From positions 1-64,000 of the IMG/VR virus record IMGVR_UViG_3300044904_000300: 64,000 bases of DNA, one strand, 5' to 3'. The stretch comes from a virus. This document shows positions 60,640 to 64,000 of this stretch, one piece after another. Below the pieces are notes generated by a model, which was not told the origin of the DNA, did not search any database, and worked only from the letters and a program-made list of their open reading frames with translations. The position numbers were made by a program, and so were the translations under genes. Positions within the stretch are counted from its first letter, which is position 1. Each line of letters opens with the position of its first letter.

Positions 60640-62064
60640 ATGCCAAGCATTTTAACACAGAACTATCGCACGCACCTCGCCACGGAATTGCTATCCCGTC
60701 TTGCGTGGGCGGAAACTGTCGATGACCTGACTGCCGCGGGGGCGCTCACGTCGGACGGCAGAACTACGCTTCTTACTGCGGCCAATACGGTGTCGCTCTA
60801 TGCGTTCATCGGACATACGACACCGTGGCCGACCGAGGGCGCACCCCCGACACCAGTAGACACTCCACAGGAAACGACCTACGATTACTGGCGGCACATG
60901 TTGTTTGCTAAACGGGTTCTCTCAACAGACTTTGCGTTTGTGGTTCCTCGTATTGACTGGAACGCCAACACCGTTTATACGCAGTATGATGATACTACGG
61001 TCCTTGCGAACACAAATTTCTATGTTTTGGTGCTGGACGATGCGGGCGGAACCCCTGCATATCAAGTATACAAATGCTTGTGGAACGCTGGTGGAGCGAA
61101 TAGCACGTATCAACCGACAGGAATCGATAGCGACCCCCAAACCTATGATGACGGATACGTTTGGCAGTATTTGTATTCGTTAGCAACGACCACGGACGAC
61201 TTCCTCACCGACGACTGGATGCCGGTATACGAAACCTCGTCTCTTCAGGCAGTCGCGCTTGCAAACCCTGGCACTCTTCCGAGAGCAGTTCCGTTCGTAA
61301 TCGTAACGCCTGGCGCGAACTATAATGCCAGCGTGAACGCCGTCTGCACACTTACGGGAGATGGCGCGGGAGCATCCGTCGCAAACGGCGGCATCGCAAT
61401 CGTTGGCGGCACCGTCCAGAGCGTCACCCTGCTATCGGGGGGCACGGGCTATACGAATGTCGGCTCTATCAACATCTATCAGTCTGGCGCAAGCCTAGCG
61501 ACGGCCAGAGCGATTATACCCCCGTATCCGAATCACGGTTACGATAACGTCCACGAGCTACAGGCAAAGCATCTAATGTGCGTTGTCGAGTTCTATGGAG
61601 ACGAAGGTGGGAAGCTCACCGTTAATAATGACTTTCGGCAGATTGGGTTAGTCGTCAATCCACTTTTGGCAAACGGAGTGCTTGCAACGGACACCAAATA
61701 CAAACAAACGTGGGATGTAACGGTGCAGGCGGGCGCTCCAACGTATAACCCTGACGATGTGGTGATAAATACCACGAAATCTCCGTCACCATTCGGAGTG
61801 GTCGTAGATACGTTGGCAGGAGAGGCCGGAAAGAAGATCATTCGCTTGACGGACGTAAATGTGCAGGGCTTTACGACGCCGTTCGGCGAAGGCGATACAC
61901 TCAACGTTGTCGAATCTTCTCCTTCAACAGTTTCAGCAGACGCCGTGAGCAACCCAGAACTACTCCCGTATACTGGAGAAGTGCTGTATGTGACGCAGCG
62001 TGTTCCTGTGACCCGAACCGCGGACCAGACACAGGAATTTAAGATCGCATTACCTTTTGGGTGA
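60640..62064 (+). CDS. gp8: Baseplate wedge protein
   Basis: Y.FIG....W......P; VVPR.DW..NTVY..YDD; VYKCL.N; DGYVW.YLY; NDFRQIGL..NP; late promoter at 60627. Confidence 0.88.
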   Translation: MPSILTQNYRTHLATELLSRLAWAETVDDLTAAGALTSDGRTTLLTAANTVSLYAFIGHTTPWPTEGAPPTPVDTPQETTYDYWRHMLFAKRVLSTDFAFVVPRIDWNANTVYTQYDDTTVLANTNFYVLVLDDAGGTPAYQVYKCLWNAGGANSTYQPTGIDSDPQTYDDGYVWQYLYSLATTTDDFLTDDWMPVYETSSLQAVALANPGTLPRAVPFVIVTPGANYNASVNAVCTLTGDGAGASVANGGIAIVGGTVQSVTLLSGGTGYTNVGSINIYQSGASLATARAIIPPYPNHGYDNVHELQAKHLMCVVEFYGDEGGKLTVNNDFRQIGLVVNPLLANGVLATDTKYKQTWDVTVQAGAPTYNPDDVVINTTKSPSPFGVVVDTLAGEAGKKIIRLTDVNVQGFTTPFGEGDTLNVVESSPSTVSADAVSNPELLPYTGEVLYVTQRVPVTRTADQTQEFKIALPFG

Positions 62065-62090
62065 TGCACCCTGTTCTTATAAATAGAGTT

Positions 62091-62729
62091 ATGCTCTATA
62101 CTATCTACAAGACCACAAACTTGCTGTCGGGGAAAATATACATCGGCGCCCACAAAACAGAGAATATTGATGATGGGTACCTTGGTTCGGGTATTCACAT
62201 CAAACGGGCTTTGAAAAAGTATGGAAGACGACATTTTGTAAAAGAGATACTCTTTGTTTTTGATACACCAGAGGAAATGTTTGCGAAAGAAAAAGCGTTA
62301 GTTAATGAAGAGTTTGTTAGCAGGAGCGATACATACAATAAGATAGTTGGTGGAGAGGGCTCGACTGACCTTCGTAACTGGACAGAAGAACGACACCAAA
62401 AGATATCTGCGGCGACTAAAAAGCAGTGGAAGAACCCGAAGTTCCGTGAAATGATGCTTCAAGTTCGTCATCGTTGTCGCCCGAGTATTGCTACAAAACA
62501 AAAAATATCTATTACAAAACAGGGTCACTCGGCTACGGAAAAAACCAGAATAGCGTGGAAACAAATTAGCGCAAAAAATCGTGGAAGGATCTGGATTAAA
62601 CACGATAAGTTACAGCAATGCTGTTATGTCCCTCTAACGGATTTTGCAAACTACGAACTTAGCGGGTGGGTTCGTGGTCGCATTTATCACCGGCGAGCAG
62701 AAGAAAACAACTATGGCTCTATCAAATAG
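62091..62729 (+). CDS. GIY-YIG (Seg-like) homing endonuclease
   Basis: YTIYKTTNL..GKIYIG.HKT....DGYLGSG..I..A.KKYG...F..EIL; YN...GG; ATAAATA at 62079. Confidence 0.9.
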   Translation: MLYTIYKTTNLLSGKIYIGAHKTENIDDGYLGSGIHIKRALKKYGRRHFVKEILFVFDTPEEMFAKEKALVNEEFVSRSDTYNKIVGGEGSTDLRNWTEERHQKISAATKKQWKNPKFREMMLQVRHRCRPSIATKQKISITKQGHSATEKTRIAWKQISAKNRGRIWIKHDKLQQCCYVPLTDFANYELSGWVRGRIYHRRAEENNYGSIK

Positions 62730-64000
62730 CACCACTCGCATCTTTCGGACCACATATTTCGATGACTACTATGCCCAGTCAAACACGGACCCCAACCTCT
62801 TTCGGGGCGAGGACTTTGATTTTAACCGCATTCTATTTCGTCCGCGATACGCGGTCCAGTCCCGCGAACTGACCCAGCTTCAGACCATTCTTCAAGCACA
62901 GATTGAGCAGCTTGGTTCAGCAAACCTCAAGCATGGGCAGCCGGTCTATGGATGCGAAATGGCGATCAATAACGGTGTCCGCGCTGGTAAAGTGCAGACA
63001 ACCGATAACGTCGCAGCGTTCTTTAGCCGCACGCTAGATGCGGGCCAGAAGATCGAGTCCGTCGATGTGCCGACGACCACCGCGTCGGTCCGAGGCTATG
63101 TGGCGATTGATGAGGGCTATACAGACAACTACTTGGTCTTCACGTATGGAAGTGATGCGGCATTCAACCCGAACGATGTAGTCAGCATTATCGGGGGCAC
63201 GGAGAGTGCGACGTTCTCTAGCGATAGTGACGCTTTTAGCGATGCGTCGGTGTTTAGCGTAGCAGGTGGTGTGTTCTTTATCTCCGGGTTCCTCGTGCGG
63301 TTCAAACCCGCAACTATCGTGCTCGACCATCAGTCTAGCGCCCCGGATGCGGTCGTGGGGCTGCTCGTTAGTGAAGAGATCCTTGATGAACTGGACGATG
63401 TAGTTGGGGAAACGCTCCTCGACCCAGCGAACCAGAATGCTCCAGGTGCTCACCGGTTCCGCTTGAGCTTGGCGCTCGCAAGTTATGGGTTAACAGTAGA
63501 GGTTCCCACAAACTTCATCCAGTTGGCTAAAGTGGTCAAAGGCGTCATCCAGTATACACAGACGGTTTCGGAACGCTACGTCAAGTGGTCGGAACTGAAT
63601 GACTTGCTCGCTCGGCGCACGTATGACGAGGCCGGGAACTACATGATCAAGTCGTTCTCACCGGTTATTGGTGATGACCCAGACGCAGAAGATCACTTCC
63701 GTCTCGCAGTCGGCGCGGGAAAGGCTTATGTTCACGGGTGGGAAGTCAATAAGACGACCCCGACAAACTTGTCTATCCGCAAGGGACGGACAACGCAGAA
63801 CGTGGATAGTCAGAGTATTGCGCTCCAGGTCGGAAACTATGTGCGAGTGCGTTGGGTTGGTGCGGCCGTTCCCGGCACGTATTTCTGTAACACCATCGCA
63901 GTAGATTTGCACACAGTCCCGTCGCAACAGATTGCCGGCGCAAATGACGCGACGTATGGCCTGTCCAAGATCGGAACGGCCAAACTCCGAATGCTGGAAG
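62713..64000 (+). CDS. Large virion structural protein (DUF4815-like), truncated by the window end
   Basis: YFDDY...F.RILFRP..AVQ.RELTQLQTILQ.QIE; YDE.GNY....F; V..GKAYV.G.E; absent from the ORF track because it has no stop in the window. Confidence 0.82.
   Translation, partial: MALSNSTTRIFRTTYFDDYYAQSNTDPNLFRGEDFDFNRILFRPRYAVQSRELTQLQTILQAQIEQLGSANLKHGQPVYGCEMAINNGVRAGKVQTTDNVAAFFSRTLDAGQKIESVDVPTTTASVRGYVAIDEGYTDNYLVFTYGSDAAFNPNDVVSIIGGTESATFSSDSDAFSDASVFSVAGGVFFISGFLVRFKPATIVLDHQSSAPDAVVGLLVSEEILDELDDVVGETLLDPANQNAPGAHRFRLSLALASYGLTVEVPTNFIQLAKVVKGVIQYTQTVSERYVKWSELNDLLARRTYDEAGNYMIKSFSPVIGDDPDAEDHFRLAVGAGKAYVHGWEVNKTTPTNLSIRKGRTTQNVDSQSIALQVGNYVRVRWVGAAVPGTYFCNTIAVDLHTVPSQQIAGANDATYGLSKIGTAKLRMLE

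Noticed and set aside
38178-63453. Long antisense ORFs (for example 55227-56345, 47305-48015, 61593-62234, 38178-38771)
   Set aside because: They are shadows of well-supported genes on the opposite strand, with no motifs or RBS.
1-64000. CRISPR array, rRNA, integrase, group II intron, diversity-generating retroelement
   Set aside because: I saw no repeat-spacer periodicity, rRNA motifs, recombinase or reverse transcriptase motifs. The Cas4-like gene is a standard phage exonuclease.

Overview
This is a 64-kb segment of a large T4-like (Tevenvirus-superfamily-type) myophage genome. I found no cellular genes. There are three blocks. (1) 0.5-7.9 kb: gp61 primase, class II ribonucleotide reductase, ThyX, a signal-peptide lysozyme and small envelope proteins. 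(2) 7.9-33.9 kb: an accessory region with about 35 tRNA or tRNA-like genes that cover all 20 amino acids (the Cys copy is degenerate). It also holds a circularly permuted two-piece tmRNA, a GGQ peptidyl-tRNA hydrolase, an RNA ligase, several unidentified structured RNAs, four tandem late paralogs on the minus strand and many small ORFs. (3) 33.9-64 kb: T4 core genes gp33, gp59, gp32, gp26/51, gp54-like, gp2, gp4, gp48, gp53, hub, gp5, gp25, gp6, gp7-like, gp8 and a truncated DUF4815-like gene, with methyltransferase/helicase inserts. Eight free-standing HNH/GIY-YIG endonucleases are present. Sigma70-like promoters (TTGACA-N17-TA(T/C)A(A/C)T or GATAAT) and T4-type late promoters ((C/A)TAAATA) recur. 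The most unusual observations are: a tRNA-Arg with two tandem anticodon stem-loops (TCT and CCT); a ~350-nt RNA closed by a 24-bp helix; the permuted tmRNA; a slippery heptamer plus hairpin that would fuse gp26 to gp51 by -1 frameshift; an anticodon-less Ala-identity tRNA; a tRNA with a 56-nt anticodon-loop insert; gp5 split at an in-frame TAG; and gp4 fused to homing-endonuclease DNA-binding modules. All assignments come from motif recognition and base-pairing done by eye. No database search or folding program was run.
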